64,000 nucleotides of DNA from an uncultured Acidobacteriota bacterium (GCA_963822445.1 CAWGHO010000003.1:768001-832000), one strand, 5' to 3'. Positions 1-10,029 are shown, counted from the stretch's first letter. Notes: generated from the sequence alone by a model not told the origin. A program made the numbers and translations.

Positions 1-269
1 CGCGGCTCGTCGGCATCGTCTCCGAGCAGCTCGCGCAGGTCGGCCACGGTCCGCGAAAGCGACGTCTCCGAGACCACGACGTCGCCCCAGACCTCTTCGA
101 GCAGCGTCTCTTTGGTGAGGAGCGTGCCGCGGTGCTCGATCAGATAAACCAGCAGGTCGAACACTTTCGGCCGGATCTCCAGACGCTCCTGACCGCGCCG
201 CAGCTCCCCGGCCTGCACGTCCAGGCGGAAGGGACCGAACTCGTACGCCGCCGCAGCCTCGCCGGCCAT
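1..269 (-). CDS. Winged-helix (CadC/OmpR-type trans_reg_C) transcriptional regulator, N-terminal part; runs off the window
   Basis: Manual translation from ATG at 269: MAGEAAAAYEFGPFRLDVQAGELRRGQERLEIRPKVFDLLVYLIEHRGTLLTKETLLEEVWGDVVVSETSLSRTVADLRELLGDDA, a typical wHTH pattern. Confidence 0.85.
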   Translation of the reverse strand, partial: MAGEAAAAYEFGPFRLDVQAGELRRGQERLEIRPKVFDLLVYLIEHRGTLLTKETLLEEVWGDVVVSETSLSRTVADLRELLGDDADEP

Positions 270-374
270 CGCGACGAGGATACCTCTCACGGCAATCTCA
301 GGAATCTTTCAACGCACGGTAAGGACCGGAGCGCGCGGCCGCCGCATCTTTCATCGCGAACAAAGGAAGGTGCC

Positions 375-992
375 ATGAAAAGAAACGTGCAGAGGTTCGT
401 CCTGATTTTCTCGATCGCTACAGTCGCTTCCGCGCAACCGCTGGTGGATGGTTACTTCCATCAGAGCGAATGGAGCGGAGCGACGCAGTACCCGATCACG
501 CTCAACCTGCCCGAGGGTGGAACGACTGCCGGAACCATCTACATCCTCAACGACGCCACAGACCTCTATTTCGCCGTCCGCTATGAGCGCACGACGATCG
601 ACGCGTTCACCGCGTTCAATGTCACCTTCGACCGGTACGGCGATGGGCCCTGGACGGAAGATGACGACTCCGTGGGCCTGCAGGGCTGGGCGTGCTTTCC
701 GCAGACCTTCTATGACGGCGTCCTCACCACCCTGTCGCCGCCGTGCTACCCCGGCACGATCTGCAACACCAGCGACCCGGAGGTTGGGGGCACGGAAGAC
801 GGCACCGGCGCCGTCGGCCGCGATGGAATCATCATGGCTTACGAGGTGCGTCACCCGTTGTACAGCAACGATGGCCGCGACATTGCGGCCAAGAGCGGCG
901 ACACCATGCAGTTTGGATGGTACGTGGGCCTGAGCAACGCCGCTGGGACCGGTGCGATGTCATGGGGGATCGAGCAGTACACGGTGCAATGA
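375..992 (+). CDS. Secreted hypothetical protein, possibly DOMON/CBM9-like
   Basis: AAGGAAGG SD before ATG 375; signal peptide MKRNVQRFVLIFSIATVASA; VDG...EW and 'NDATDLYFAV' motifs. Confidence 0.6.
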   Translation: MKRNVQRFVLIFSIATVASAQPLVDGYFHQSEWSGATQYPITLNLPEGGTTAGTIYILNDATDLYFAVRYERTTIDAFTAFNVTFDRYGDGPWTEDDDSVGLQGWACFPQTFYDGVLTTLSPPCYPGTICNTSDPEVGGTEDGTGAVGRDGIIMAYEVRHPLYSNDGRDIAAKSGDTMQFGWYVGLSNAAGTGAMSWGIEQYTVQ

Positions 993-996
993 ACCG

Positions 997-1845
997 CTAG
1001 CCCGCCAGCTCCGCGATCCGCGCCTCGACCTCCTCGATCACGTACTCGGGGGTCGAGGCGCCCGCCGTCACGCCGATGACGTTCGCGTCGCGGAACCATT
1101 CCCCGTCGAGATCATCGGGTCCCTGCACGAAGTACGACGGCTTCGACTCGCGGCAGATCTCCCAGAGGTGCTTCGTGTTCGCGCTCTTCGTGCCGCCGAT
1201 GACGACGATCAGATCGACGTCCGGGTCGTGGGCGAGCAGGCGGGCGGCGTCCTGGTTCTGTTTCGTGGCGTAGCAGATGGTGTCGGCGCGCTCCACTCTC
1301 TTTGCGCGGCGCTCGATGGTCTGCACGACGTCCTCATACTCCTCGGCATTGAGCGTCGTCTGGTAGAAGACTTTGATCTTGGCGTACGGCGACCAGTCGA
1401 TGGCCTCGCTCGCGGCGACGGTGGAGACGATGTGGTAGGTCGATGGATCGAGATCGTGCGTGTAGCCGATCACCTCGCGATGCTTCGGATCGCCGATGAA
1501 GACGAGGTGATAGCCATCGGCCAGCGCCCGCTGCGACTCGTGATGCATGTCGTAGACGAACTTGCAGGTGGTATCGAGGATCTTCAGCCCCGCCGATCTC
1601 GCGCGCTGGTGAAAGGAGGGCGGGACGCCGTGCGCGGAGAAGACGATGGTCGGCTCCGCTACCGCGGCGATGTCGACGACCGTCCGCACGCCGAGCTGTT
1701 CCATCTCCGCGACGACCCGCTCGTTGTGCACGAGCTGGCCGAGGATCGCGCCGCGGCCGCCGCCGGCCGCGAAGCGTTTCACCTTGAGGTCGGCGATGCG
1801 TACGCCGGAACAGAAGCCGTATTTTTCCGCTCGTTTGATCTTCAC
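997..1845 (-). CDS. ispH: 4-hydroxy-3-methylbut-2-enyl diphosphate reductase
   Basis: GFCSGV, LVHN, FSAHGV, DTTC, HREV, TICYAT, SANT, GVTAGASTP motifs. Confidence 0.97.
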   Translation of the reverse strand: MKIKRAEKYGFCSGVRIADLKVKRFAAGGGRGAILGQLVHNERVVAEMEQLGVRTVVDIAAVAEPTIVFSAHGVPPSFHQRARSAGLKILDTTCKFVYDMHHESQRALADGYHLVFIGDPKHREVIGYTHDLDPSTYHIVSTVAASEAIDWSPYAKIKVFYQTTLNAEEYEDVVQTIERRAKRVERADTICYATKQNQDAARLLAHDPDVDLIVVIGGTKSANTKHLWEICRESKPSYFVQGPDDLDGEWFRDANVIGVTAGASTPEYVIEEVEARIAELAG

Positions 1846-1940
1846 GCGGTAACTTTACCACGCAAAGTACTTGCCATACGTACGGTGAGCGTCCCGCTCG
1901 CAACGCGGCGGGCATCCTGCCCGCCGCCGTACGCTCTCCA

Positions 1941-2480
1941 TCAGAGCGCGGCGAGATCGATGCGAACGTCTCGCACGCCGCGCAGCCCGCGGACGGTTTC
2001 GCGGGCCAGGTCTTTCTGCAGCTCGCGCTGGACTTTCCCGCTCACGACGACCATGCCGTCCTTGCAGGTGATGGCCAGTTGCGCGCCCTGGAGCCCCGGC
2101 ATCGCGGCCAGTTCCCGCTCGACCTGGCGGCGGAGCTCGTCGTCGTTCGACTTTCTTGCCGGTGTGATCAGGTTCGCGACGCGTTTCGCGCCGAGGGCCT
2201 GGACGACTGAGACGGCGTGCCGGGCCGCGGCGGCGTCGCCCGTGCCGCGCAGGACCATCACGTCCCCGCTGCTGCGCACGACCAACTGGTCGACGGACAC
2301 GCCGGCGGCGAGGATCGCCTTCGCGGCTGCGGCATCGCTGAGGACCGGTTCAAAGCTCTTCACCACGTTCGCTTCGACCGCGCGCGTCTTCACAGGCGTG
2401 GCCCCGTGCCTGCGCACCATCGTGATTCCGACCGCAGCAACAGCCACAAGTGCTACCGCGATCAACGTTTTCTGCTTCAT
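1941..2480 (-). CDS. BON-domain protein
   Basis: N-terminal hydrophobic anchor; two BON-like repeats ('VMVLRG', 'DGMVVVSGKV...ETVRGLRGVRDV'). Confidence 0.75.
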   Translation of the reverse strand: MKQKTLIAVALVAVAAVGITMVRRHGATPVKTRAVEANVVKSFEPVLSDAAAAKAILAAGVSVDQLVVRSSGDVMVLRGTGDAAAARHAVSVVQALGAKRVANLITPARKSNDDELRRQVERELAAMPGLQGAQLAITCKDGMVVVSGKVQRELQKDLARETVRGLRGVRDVRIDLAAL

Positions 2481-2573
2481 GTTGTCTCCGATGGATGCGG
2501 ATGCACCCAAGTCGCGTGCCATGGTTCCGGTGAATTGACGGCTTCACGTGGCGGACGCTACCTTTTGCAGACT

Positions 2574-4244
2574 GTGAAATTCGTTTGCATTTTCCTCTTC
2601 GCCACGCTGCCCGCTGTTGCCCAATCCGCCAACAGTTGCGCCGATCCGTACTGGAAGGACACGCTGCGCTGCGTCTTCTTTCCCGACGAGGTCCCTCAGC
2701 CGAATCTCAGCATCGTGCCGGGCCCGGGCAACGGCGACGCGTTAGCGAAATACACGCGGCTCTTCATCAACAACCCCGCGGTGCGCTGCACGGACGGTAC
2801 GCGCCCGCTGTACTACGTCGACAAAGCCATCTGCACGGACGCGCAAGGCTGCGGCAACGGAATCCGCCGCGGCGATCCCATCGAGTCGAATCGCTGGATC
2901 TTCACCGTCACCGGCGGCGATTCCTGCAACGGAGAGCGCTGCGCCTTTTTCTACGCCCAGCCCGATGAGCGCGGCGCGATGGGATCGTCGACACGCGATC
3001 CGGCAAAGGATCTCGAAGGAATCCACGATCCCGATCCCGTGAAGAATCCCGTCTTCTCCACATACAACCGCGTGCGCATCGAGAAGTGCACGTTCGACCG
3101 CTACATGGGACGGACGCAGGAAGAAGCGCCGGGAGGGGCGATTCGCGCCACCGCGCCGAACGGCACGCCGATCTCGTTCAACGCCTACTACCACGGCTTC
3201 CTGATCATGGAAGAGACCTTCAAGGCGCTCGAGAAAGGTCTCCGTTACACCACATTTCAACAGGGGACGGCCAACACCCCCGCGAAGCGGCGGGCATGTT
3301 GCGGGACGAGCGGCGGCAACAATCTGACCGCGGTGCAGGAGTCGCTGCCGCCTCTCGCGGATGCCGAGGCGGTGCTGTTCATCGGGCATTCGAACGCGAG
3401 CCACGGCATGTACCACAACATCGACCATCTCTCAGCGCGCGTGGCGGAGATCACCGGCGGCAGCGCCGACGTCCGCGTGCTCTTCGACGAGAACTTCCTG
3501 CCATCGGTCGAAAACGAAGCAGCGTTTGCCACGACCGCTCCGCCGAACAAGGATCTGTACGACTCGATCTGGTCCGGTGCGAGCTCGGGACGAGGCGAGC
3601 CGTTCACGTACGACGGCGAGAGGTATCACGCGACGAACGTCGTCGATCAGGACTACATCGCCCACGGCGCGGTGCAGGATCAGTCGTGCCTCGATACGCA
3701 CGCGGCGGCCGGCACGACCTGGATGTGCCGCGATCGCATGCACGTGCTCTTCAACCACGTCTCCACGCCGTTCATGGTTCGCCAGGATTTCACCGATCCG
3801 AACCGCGATCACCTCGATGCGCCGGACGGCCACTGGGTGCGATGGGGCGATCCCGCGGACTTCCCGTACTGTCCGGGAGGGGTGAAGCCGTGCGAGCCGC
3901 GGTTCAACGTCGCCGAATTCCGCGCTCGTCTGGAAAAGCAGATGGAGACTCTCCTCGAGGGTTTGTGGACGCGATCCGAGATCGCGCGGCGACTCGACGT
4001 CAGCCCATCCACGCGGCCGACGCTCTTCGCCTGGATGCCGTCGTGCAACAACCACGAGGGTGCCTACAACGACAACGGGTTCTTCGGCGTCACCGTCGCC
4101 GCCGATACGGCGTCCTGGTCGATGCGTGAATGGCTCGAGGAGTTCATGGCCGCGCCGCGGAGCGGAGTGCGCCGTTACCTCATCGATGGCGGGACCGACG
4201 CGAGCGGACGAGCGATGCGTACGACGCAGTGCCGGTTGAACTGA
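2574..4244 (+). CDS. Secreted pectinacetylesterase/Notum-like alpha/beta hydrolase
   Basis: Signal peptide from GTG 2574; CTDGTRPLYY, WIFTVTGGDSC, NRVRIEKC, GHSNASHG nucleophile-like motif, C-terminal SCNNH. Confidence 0.6.
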   Translation: MKFVCIFLFATLPAVAQSANSCADPYWKDTLRCVFFPDEVPQPNLSIVPGPGNGDALAKYTRLFINNPAVRCTDGTRPLYYVDKAICTDAQGCGNGIRRGDPIESNRWIFTVTGGDSCNGERCAFFYAQPDERGAMGSSTRDPAKDLEGIHDPDPVKNPVFSTYNRVRIEKCTFDRYMGRTQEEAPGGAIRATAPNGTPISFNAYYHGFLIMEETFKALEKGLRYTTFQQGTANTPAKRRACCGTSGGNNLTAVQESLPPLADAEAVLFIGHSNASHGMYHNIDHLSARVAEITGGSADVRVLFDENFLPSVENEAAFATTAPPNKDLYDSIWSGASSGRGEPFTYDGERYHATNVVDQDYIAHGAVQDQSCLDTHAAAGTTWMCRDRMHVLFNHVSTPFMVRQDFTDPNRDHLDAPDGHWVRWGDPADFPYCPGGVKPCEPRFNVAEFRARLEKQMETLLEGLWTRSEIARRLDVSPSTRPTLFAWMPSCNNHEGAYNDNGFFGVTVAADTASWSMREWLEEFMAAPRSGVRRYLIDGGTDASGRAMRTTQCRLN

Positions 4245-4247
4245 GTC

Positions 4248-4306
4248 GTGTGGTGCAGGCCTCCGGCCTGCCCTGACGAGAGGCAGGCCGGAGGCCTGCA
4301 CCACAC
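4248..4306. repeat. Perfect 25-bp inverted repeat (REP-like hairpin)
   Basis: GTGTGGTGCAGGCCTCCGGCCTGCC - 9 nt - GGCAGGCCGGAGGCCTGCACCACAC. Confidence 0.9.
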
Positions 4307-4319
4307 CGATCCGTAAGCG

Positions 4320-5723
4320 GTGGGCGCGGAACCGGCGGGCGATGGCGGTACCTACTTTCAGCAAGTCCGGCTGCGCACGTATCTCCTCGATCCCTCGAAG
4401 TCGTCGTTCGCTATCGACGGCAAGACGTTCGAGCATCGCAAGGACGTGCTGGTCGTCGTCGGGCTGGAAAACACGAGTGAGGTCGAAGCGCCGGTCGTCT
4501 TCGCCGGCTTCGGCATCGTCGCTCCCGACCTCGGCCACGACGACTACGCGAACATCGACGTCCGCGGCAAGATCGTCGCGCTGCTTTCCGATTCGCCGCC
4601 GCGCTTCCCGCACAGCCAGCGCGCGTACTACTCGAGCGGCAGCGTAAAGTCCGCGAACGCTGTCGAGCGCGGTGCGATCGGCGTGATCATCGTTCCCACG
4701 CTCGACTCCGAGCGCCGCCGTCCCTGGACGCGGATGATCTCGACCGGCGACTCCATCGGCATGCGCGCCCTGGGTCGCGACGGACAGCCGCTCGAGGCCT
4801 ACCCGCAGATCCGCGGACGTGCCACCCTCGGTCCCGTTGCCGCGCAGGCGCTCTTCGCCGGCGAGCGAACGACGCTCGACGCGATCCTCGCCGACGCGGA
4901 GAAAGGGATCACGAAGCCGTTCGCGCTGCAGAAGCGCGTCACGATCCGCGCGACGACGACCATCAGCGAGTTGACCAGCCCGAACGTCGTCGCGATCGTC
5001 CGCGGCTCCGAGCTCCCGAACGAGCACGTGGTCGTCACGGCCCACCTCGATCACCTCGGCATCACCGACCGCGGCGAAGACCGCATCCGCAACGGCGCGC
5101 TCGACAACGCGTCCGGCGTCGCCGCGCTGATCGAGATCGCCCGCGCCGTCGCCGCGATGAAACCGCGTCCGCGCCGCTCGATCGTCTTCGCCGCGGTGAC
5201 GGCGGAGGAGAAAGGATTACAGGGCTCGCACGCCTTCGCCGACCGCCCGAGCATCGACGGGAACATCGTCGCGAACGTGAACATGGACATGATCACCATG
5301 CTCTTTCCGATGAAGAGCATCGTCCCCCTCGGCCTCGAGCACTCCACCCTCGGCCCGCTCGCCCGCGCCGCGGCCGAACGGAACGGCTTCACCGTTCAGA
5401 GCGATCCGCTGCCCGAGGAGGTGCGGTTCATCCGGAGCGACCAGTATGCGTTCATCAGGAAAGGCATCCCGGCCATCTCCTACAAAGGCGGTCTGGTCAG
5501 CGCCGATCCGGCGATCGACGGCGAGAAGCTGACGCGCGACTGGCTTCGCACGATCTACCACACCGCTGCCGACGAGTCGGATCAGAAGCTCGACTACGCG
5601 ACCGGCGTTGCCTGGGCGCGCACGAACCTCGACCTCGCGGTGTCGATCGCGAATGCGGAGGCGAGGCCGCGATGGAACGAGGGGGATCTCTTCGGGACGC
5701 GGTTCAGCACCGGCACGCGGTGA
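4320..5723 (+). CDS. M28 family metallopeptidase with PA domain, apparently 5'-truncated
   Basis: AHLDH, NGALDNASG, AEEKGLQGS, NMDM, RSDQY, YH motifs; ORF starts at GAEPAGDGGTYFQQV with an in-frame TAA two codons upstream and has no signal peptide. Confidence 0.8.
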   Translation: MGAEPAGDGGTYFQQVRLRTYLLDPSKSSFAIDGKTFEHRKDVLVVVGLENTSEVEAPVVFAGFGIVAPDLGHDDYANIDVRGKIVALLSDSPPRFPHSQRAYYSSGSVKSANAVERGAIGVIIVPTLDSERRRPWTRMISTGDSIGMRALGRDGQPLEAYPQIRGRATLGPVAAQALFAGERTTLDAILADAEKGITKPFALQKRVTIRATTTISELTSPNVVAIVRGSELPNEHVVVTAHLDHLGITDRGEDRIRNGALDNASGVAALIEIARAVAAMKPRPRRSIVFAAVTAEEKGLQGSHAFADRPSIDGNIVANVNMDMITMLFPMKSIVPLGLEHSTLGPLARAAAERNGFTVQSDPLPEEVRFIRSDQYAFIRKGIPAISYKGGLVSADPAIDGEKLTRDWLRTIYHTAADESDQKLDYATGVAWARTNLDLAVSIANAEARPRWNEGDLFGTRFSTGTR

Positions 5724-6686
5724 TCACGGCTTGATCATCGCCTGAAACGCGGGATCCCCGCGCAGCGCATCGAGGTCCTTGTCCACCGCGGCCTGCTTCT
5801 TCAGATTCGGGTTCAGCTTCAGCGCTTTCGCCAACGCAGTCATCGCTTCGGCGCGCTTGCCCGCGGCGAGGCGGACCACGGCGAGGTCGTAGATCAGTTC
5901 CGGGTTCTCCGGCGCGAGCGTCGCCGCATGCTCCTGCGCAACGAGCGCCTCGGCATACCGCTTCTGCGTGAACGCGGTCCAGGCGCGGTTCCAGGCGTAG
6001 TTCATCTCCGCGTAGTCGAGCAGGCGGCCCAGCTCTTTGAACGGCTCGGTGTGATCGTCGACGCGGATGTCGATGGCGCGATCGGATCCGCCGTTGAAGC
6101 CGGCGCCTTCCTTCGCCACGATCAGCGACGCGGACTGCTTGCCGCGCGAGTCACCGCCGGCGGCATCGCCCGCGACCATCGCGGCGTACATCCGCCGCGC
6201 GAGCGTTCCTTTCGTCTCGAGAAACGCTTTCTCCATCGCGACGACGACCTGTTCGCTCGCGAGGATGTTGCCCTGCACCGCGTAGTTCGGACCATTCCGA
6301 CCGCCCGCCCAGGCGTTGCAATTCGGACCGGTGTGCGTTGCCGACGATCCGTCCGCGGCGACGATGCCGATCTGCCGGCCACCGGTGCCGTTCCCCGAAT
6401 CACCACGAAGGAGGATCTGCATCGTTTCCGCGGCGCTGGCCTTCCGCGCGAGCAACTCCAGTCCGCGCGGCCCGAACGTGACGTTCGCGTTCGCCTGCGT
6501 GGCCACCGCGCCCGCGCCGGCCTGCGCGTACGGCACGACACTCCCGACGCTGAAGAACCGAGACGCCACGGCGACGCCGATCTCCTCGGTCACCGGATCA
6601 CGAGCAACGATCGAGAACGTGGCCACGTCGCGAGCCGAGGCTGAGGCGGCGACGATGAGAAGCGAAAGGAGCAAGCGGGCGCGCAT
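5724..6686 (-). CDS. DUF1028 (Ntn-hydrolase-like) protein with C-terminal TPR
   Basis: Signal peptide, TFSIVARDP...GVAVAS, GAVATQA, QGNIL, GGDSRGKQSA, DIRVDDH. Confidence 0.9.
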   Translation of the reverse strand: MRARLLLSLLIVAASASARDVATFSIVARDPVTEEIGVAVASRFFSVGSVVPYAQAGAGAVATQANANVTFGPRGLELLARKASAAETMQILLRGDSGNGTGGRQIGIVAADGSSATHTGPNCNAWAGGRNGPNYAVQGNILASEQVVVAMEKAFLETKGTLARRMYAAMVAGDAAGGDSRGKQSASLIVAKEGAGFNGGSDRAIDIRVDDHTEPFKELGRLLDYAEMNYAWNRAWTAFTQKRYAEALVAQEHAATLAPENPELIYDLAVVRLAAGKRAEAMTALAKALKLNPNLKKQAAVDKDLDALRGDPAFQAMIKP

Positions 6687-6710
6687 GCGAACGAATTGTA
6701 TTCGCGCGCT

Positions 6711-7331
6711 CTAGGCTCCCGGCCACCACGCGCTGAGCTGCTCCGCGGTGCCGTTGTAGCGCGAGCGGTCGACGTTGCCCGTCACGCCATCGACGGTGCC
6801 GCTCTCGCTGTACTGCCACAGAGTCCACGTCTTCCACACCTGCGACGGGATCCCCACGGGCTGCGGAAGAGTGTTGTACTCCGCGATCCAGAGAGGGCAG
6901 GCCGCGAGCGTGGGATGTGTGCTGCTGCCGATCTGCGAAAAGAGCAGCGACTTGCCGCCGTAAACCATGGGCGGACGCCCGGTCGCCTTCTGCACGGTTT
7001 CGATCCAGCCGAAGAGGTGATCGAGGGGCATGACCGTGCCGGAGGGATTCGGCTCGAAGTCGATGACGCAAAGCGTCTTCGCGTCGGGCTTCACGGTATC
7101 GAGAAAGAACTGCGCCTGCGCGCTGCCTTCTTCGTCGCCGGTGCCGAAGTGATACGCGCCCCACAACAGTCCCGCCGCCGGTACCGCGGTACTGGCCGCG
7201 TGGAACGTGGAGTCCACCGACTTCGAGCCCTGGGTGGCCTTGTGGATTACGCCGAGGATGCCCGCTGCTTTCACCCGCGCCCAGTCGGGGGACCCGTTGA
7301 AATGGCTGATGTCGATGACCGCGTCGATCAT
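6711..7331 (-). CDS. Glycoside hydrolase family 25 (muramidase/lysozyme)
   Basis: IDISHFNG, HKATQG, GAYHF, IDFE, LWIAEY, WQYSESGTVDGVTGNVD. Confidence 0.92.
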   Translation of the reverse strand: MIDAVIDISHFNGSPDWARVKAAGILGVIHKATQGSKSVDSTFHAASTAVPAAGLLWGAYHFGTGDEEGSAQAQFFLDTVKPDAKTLCVIDFEPNPSGTVMPLDHLFGWIETVQKATGRPPMVYGGKSLLFSQIGSSTHPTLAACPLWIAEYNTLPQPVGIPSQVWKTWTLWQYSESGTVDGVTGNVDRSRYNGTAEQLSAWWPGA

Positions 7332-7423
7332 GATTTCTCTCCTGAATCGCACTCTACCGGCGAAGCAGGAATGAATCGCCATTCATTCGGGGTTCTGGCG
7401 ACCCCAAGAAAAGGAGTAACTCA

Positions 7424-7636
7424 ATGTTCAATCGCAAGCCCAAGTTCCCCGTAGCCAAGGTCACCACCGGATTCATCATCGGCGCCATTTCCGGTGCCGT
7501 CGCCGCGCTTCTCTTTGCGCCGATGACCGGTAAGAAGCTTCAGAAGAAGATCGCCGGTGTGACCGACGACGTCGTCGAGAAGATCGAAGACGGCGTGCAG
7601 CAGGTTCAGGCCGGCGTCCGCCGCCTGGCTCGTTAG
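7424..7636 (+). CDS. YtxH-domain small protein
   Basis: AAGGAG SD; GFIIGAISGAVAALLFAPMTGKKLQKKI. Confidence 0.85.
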   Translation: MFNRKPKFPVAKVTTGFIIGAISGAVAALLFAPMTGKKLQKKIAGVTDDVVEKIEDGVQQVQAGVRRLAR

Positions 7637-8370
7637 TCCCCAACCCGTGGAGCGGCGGCCGCCTCGGCCGCCGCCACCCGAAACCGCGCCACCCGCCCGT
7701 ACTGATCGTCGAACCGGCGGTCGAATGGCAGCGGACGATGGCGCGGATCCCGGCCGAACTGGCGCATGGCGTTGAAGCCGCCGCCGGTGAAGATGCGCGT
7801 GGCGTTCGCGGCGATGAGCGTCGCCGGATAGACATCAGGCGCGACGATCGGATCGTCGACGCCCTCCTCGGCACAGACCTCGCGGGCGTAGGCGAGGAGC
7901 TCCTCCCGTTCCGCGGCCCGCGAGTGAACGAGGAGGACGTAGCGCGGCGGCAGATCAACCACCTGCTGCACGGCGCACGGCGGGTCGCGCAACTCGAAGT
8001 TTTCGATGACGGTCTCGGCATGCGCGCGGACGTAACGCTCCTGATCCGGATGCAGCGGCTCGAGGATGTATGCACGGCGAATCTGCGGCGTGTTGGGAGG
8101 AACGCGGTAGCGATCCCAGCGAACGTAGCGGGCTACGTAATCGACCACGCCACCTTCGATCTCGCCGAACAGGCCCGCGGGAAACGTGTCGAGAATGAGC
8201 TCGCCCTGCGGAACGGTCGCGACCGGAATGTCGCCGACGACTCTGCGATCGCTGGCGAACGGCGAGTCGGCGACGATCATTGCGTCCCGCTCGAGACCGA
8301 GCGTGTGCAGGAACGCGCGGGCGCGAGTGAGGTGGCCAAGGCCGCCGCCGTTCGCGTAGTAGGAGATCAA
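7633..8370 (-). CDS. Glycosyltransferase-like (GT-B fold) protein
   Basis: YYANGGGLGHLTRA N-terminal loop, LILDTFPAGL, FTGGGFN, RRFDDQ. Confidence 0.6.
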   Translation of the reverse strand: MISYYANGGGLGHLTRARAFLHTLGLERDAMIVADSPFASDRRVVGDIPVATVPQGELILDTFPAGLFGEIEGGVVDYVARYVRWDRYRVPPNTPQIRRAYILEPLHPDQERYVRAHAETVIENFELRDPPCAVQQVVDLPPRYVLLVHSRAAEREELLAYAREVCAEEGVDDPIVAPDVYPATLIAANATRIFTGGGFNAMRQFGRDPRHRPLPFDRRFDDQYGRVARFRVAAAEAAAAPRVGD

Positions 8371-8981
8371 TGTCCCGCCGCGAGCTCCGCGAAGATCACC
8401 GCGCGCTCGCGCGCCGGAACGCCGTCGAGCAACGCCACGCCGTAGAACGCCGCGGCGTTCGTGCCGGCCGCGCGGAACTTGTCGCCGACCTCGACGTGGT
8501 CGCCGCGCACGCGCACTTCGCCGAGGAGCTTCTCGCCGGGCGCGTAGACCTTCACCTTGGCTTCCTTGATCTTCAGCTCGAACGGATTCGCGTTCTCCTC
8601 GTTGTCGCTGACCTTGATCTTCTCCGGCGTGATCTTCACCTTCCAGAGCAGTTCGCCGTCGAGCGTGCGCACCTTGAAGCCGCCCTCGTCGCCGTACTTC
8701 ACCTCCACCGATTCGTACTTGCGCTTCTCCCCCTTGCGCCGGCCGTGCAGCACGCCGCCGTCGTAGGTGACGGTGACGTCACTGCCGGACGTGGCGACTT
8801 CCAGGACGCGCTGTCCGTCGTTGGTCGTGACGGCGATCGGCGCTCGTAGAGCAGACACTCCTGTCTGCGCTTCTGTCTGCGTCTGAGGAGATGGAGCAGA
8901 CGGGAGCGTCTGCTCTACGTTCTCTTCAGCGGGCTGCCCGCAGGCGACCAGCAGCAGTGCAAGTGCGAAGGACTTCCACAT
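8367..8981 (-). CDS. Hypothetical lipoprotein
   Basis: MWKSFALALLLVACG lipobox; Lys-rich beta-strand body. Confidence 0.7.
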   Translation of the reverse strand: MWKSFALALLLVACGQPAEENVEQTLPSAPSPQTQTEAQTGVSALRAPIAVTTNDGQRVLEVATSGSDVTVTYDGGVLHGRRKGEKRKYESVEVKYGDEGGFKVRTLDGELLWKVKITPEKIKVSDNEENANPFELKIKEAKVKVYAPGEKLLGEVRVRGDHVEVGDKFRAAGTNAAAFYGVALLDGVPARERAVIFAELAAGH

Positions 8982-10029
8982 ATCTCTGCGCTTCCTTTTC
9001 ATGGTTGAAGTGTTCGACGACGGCGCTTCTCGCCCGCGCCCCAAGCGCACGGAGGGCATCGTCGTCCATCGCCGCCGCGGTCATGATCGCCCGACGGCAG
9101 TCATGAGCATCGCCCGCATCGAACCGGATTGCGTTCTCGCCATCGACGAGGAGGTCGGCCATGCCGCCGGCGTCCGAGGCCAGCAGGGGGATGCCCAGCG
9201 CCGCGGCTTCGAGGACGACGTTCGGCAGACCGTCATAGAACGAAGGCACGACGACCATGTCGCACGCGGCGTACAGCGGCAGAAGGTCGAGGCGATCGCG
9301 GAAGGGGAGGGCCTCGATGCCCAGCGACGGGTCCACGTCGCCGACGAGCAGCAGATGAAATCGATCGGCGAGGCCCGACTGCTGCAGCGCGTCGAGAAAG
9401 AACTGCACGCCTTTCTTCTGCTTGAGCTGTCCGAACATCCCCAGCACCCGACGTCCCGGCACGCGATAACGCTCAGCCTCGGAGAGATCGTGCGGAAGGA
9501 GCTGCCACGCGTCCACGTCGATGCCGTTGGGGATCCACACCGGCTCGACTCCCGGTTCCAGCGCGGCGATGCGCGCCGCGTGATCGCGTGTGACCGTGCA
9601 GACCACGGCGGAGGAGCGCAGGGCGTGGCGGAGCACGTCCGATTTCTTTGGTGAGAAAACCGCGGCGTCGAAGTCGTTTCCGCGGATCAGCGTCACCAGC
9701 GGTACCTGCAGCCACGCTGCATACGCCGGCCCGGCGAGCAGCGGAAGCGTTCCGCCGAACGCGACGACGTGCGTCGGCGTCTCACCGCGGCGCAGCACGT
9801 TCCAGAGCCGGTTCAGCGTGTGCGCCGGATCGTCGTCCGCCGGGCAGCAGATCTGCCGCCCGCCGCTCTTCGTCTCGACGCGCCACTGGTCATAGCGCCG
9901 CGACACATGCGCGACGTCGATCTCCACGCCGCGCGCGCGGAGGGCGTGCACGATGCGGTCGCAGGACTGGGCCATACCGCCGCGGTCGGGCGGATAGGTC
10001 TCGGTCAGCCAGAGCGGCCGCAGCGGCAT
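8926..10029 (-). CDS. Glycosyltransferase family 4
   Basis: ETYPPDRGG N-terminus; PNGID; PSFYDGLPNVVLEAAALGIPLLASDAGG. Confidence 0.9.
   Translation of the reverse strand: MPLRPLWLTETYPPDRGGMAQSCDRIVHALRARGVEIDVAHVSRRYDQWRVETKSGGRQICCPADDDPAHTLNRLWNVLRRGETPTHVVAFGGTLPLLAGPAYAAWLQVPLVTLIRGNDFDAAVFSPKKSDVLRHALRSSAVVCTVTRDHAARIAALEPGVEPVWIPNGIDVDAWQLLPHDLSEAERYRVPGRRVLGMFGQLKQKKGVQFFLDALQQSGLADRFHLLLVGDVDPSLGIEALPFRDRLDLLPLYAACDMVVVPSFYDGLPNVVLEAAALGIPLLASDAGGMADLLVDGENAIRFDAGDAHDCRRAIMTAAAMDDDALRALGARARSAVVEHFNHEKEAQRYVEVLRTCTAAGRLRAAR

Noticed and set aside
952-2538. Long antisense ORFs (also 20870-22564, 29587-31029, 35947-37806, 45583-47529, 56288-58507)
   Set aside because: Shadow frames of well-supported genes, expected at high GC3; no recognisable motifs
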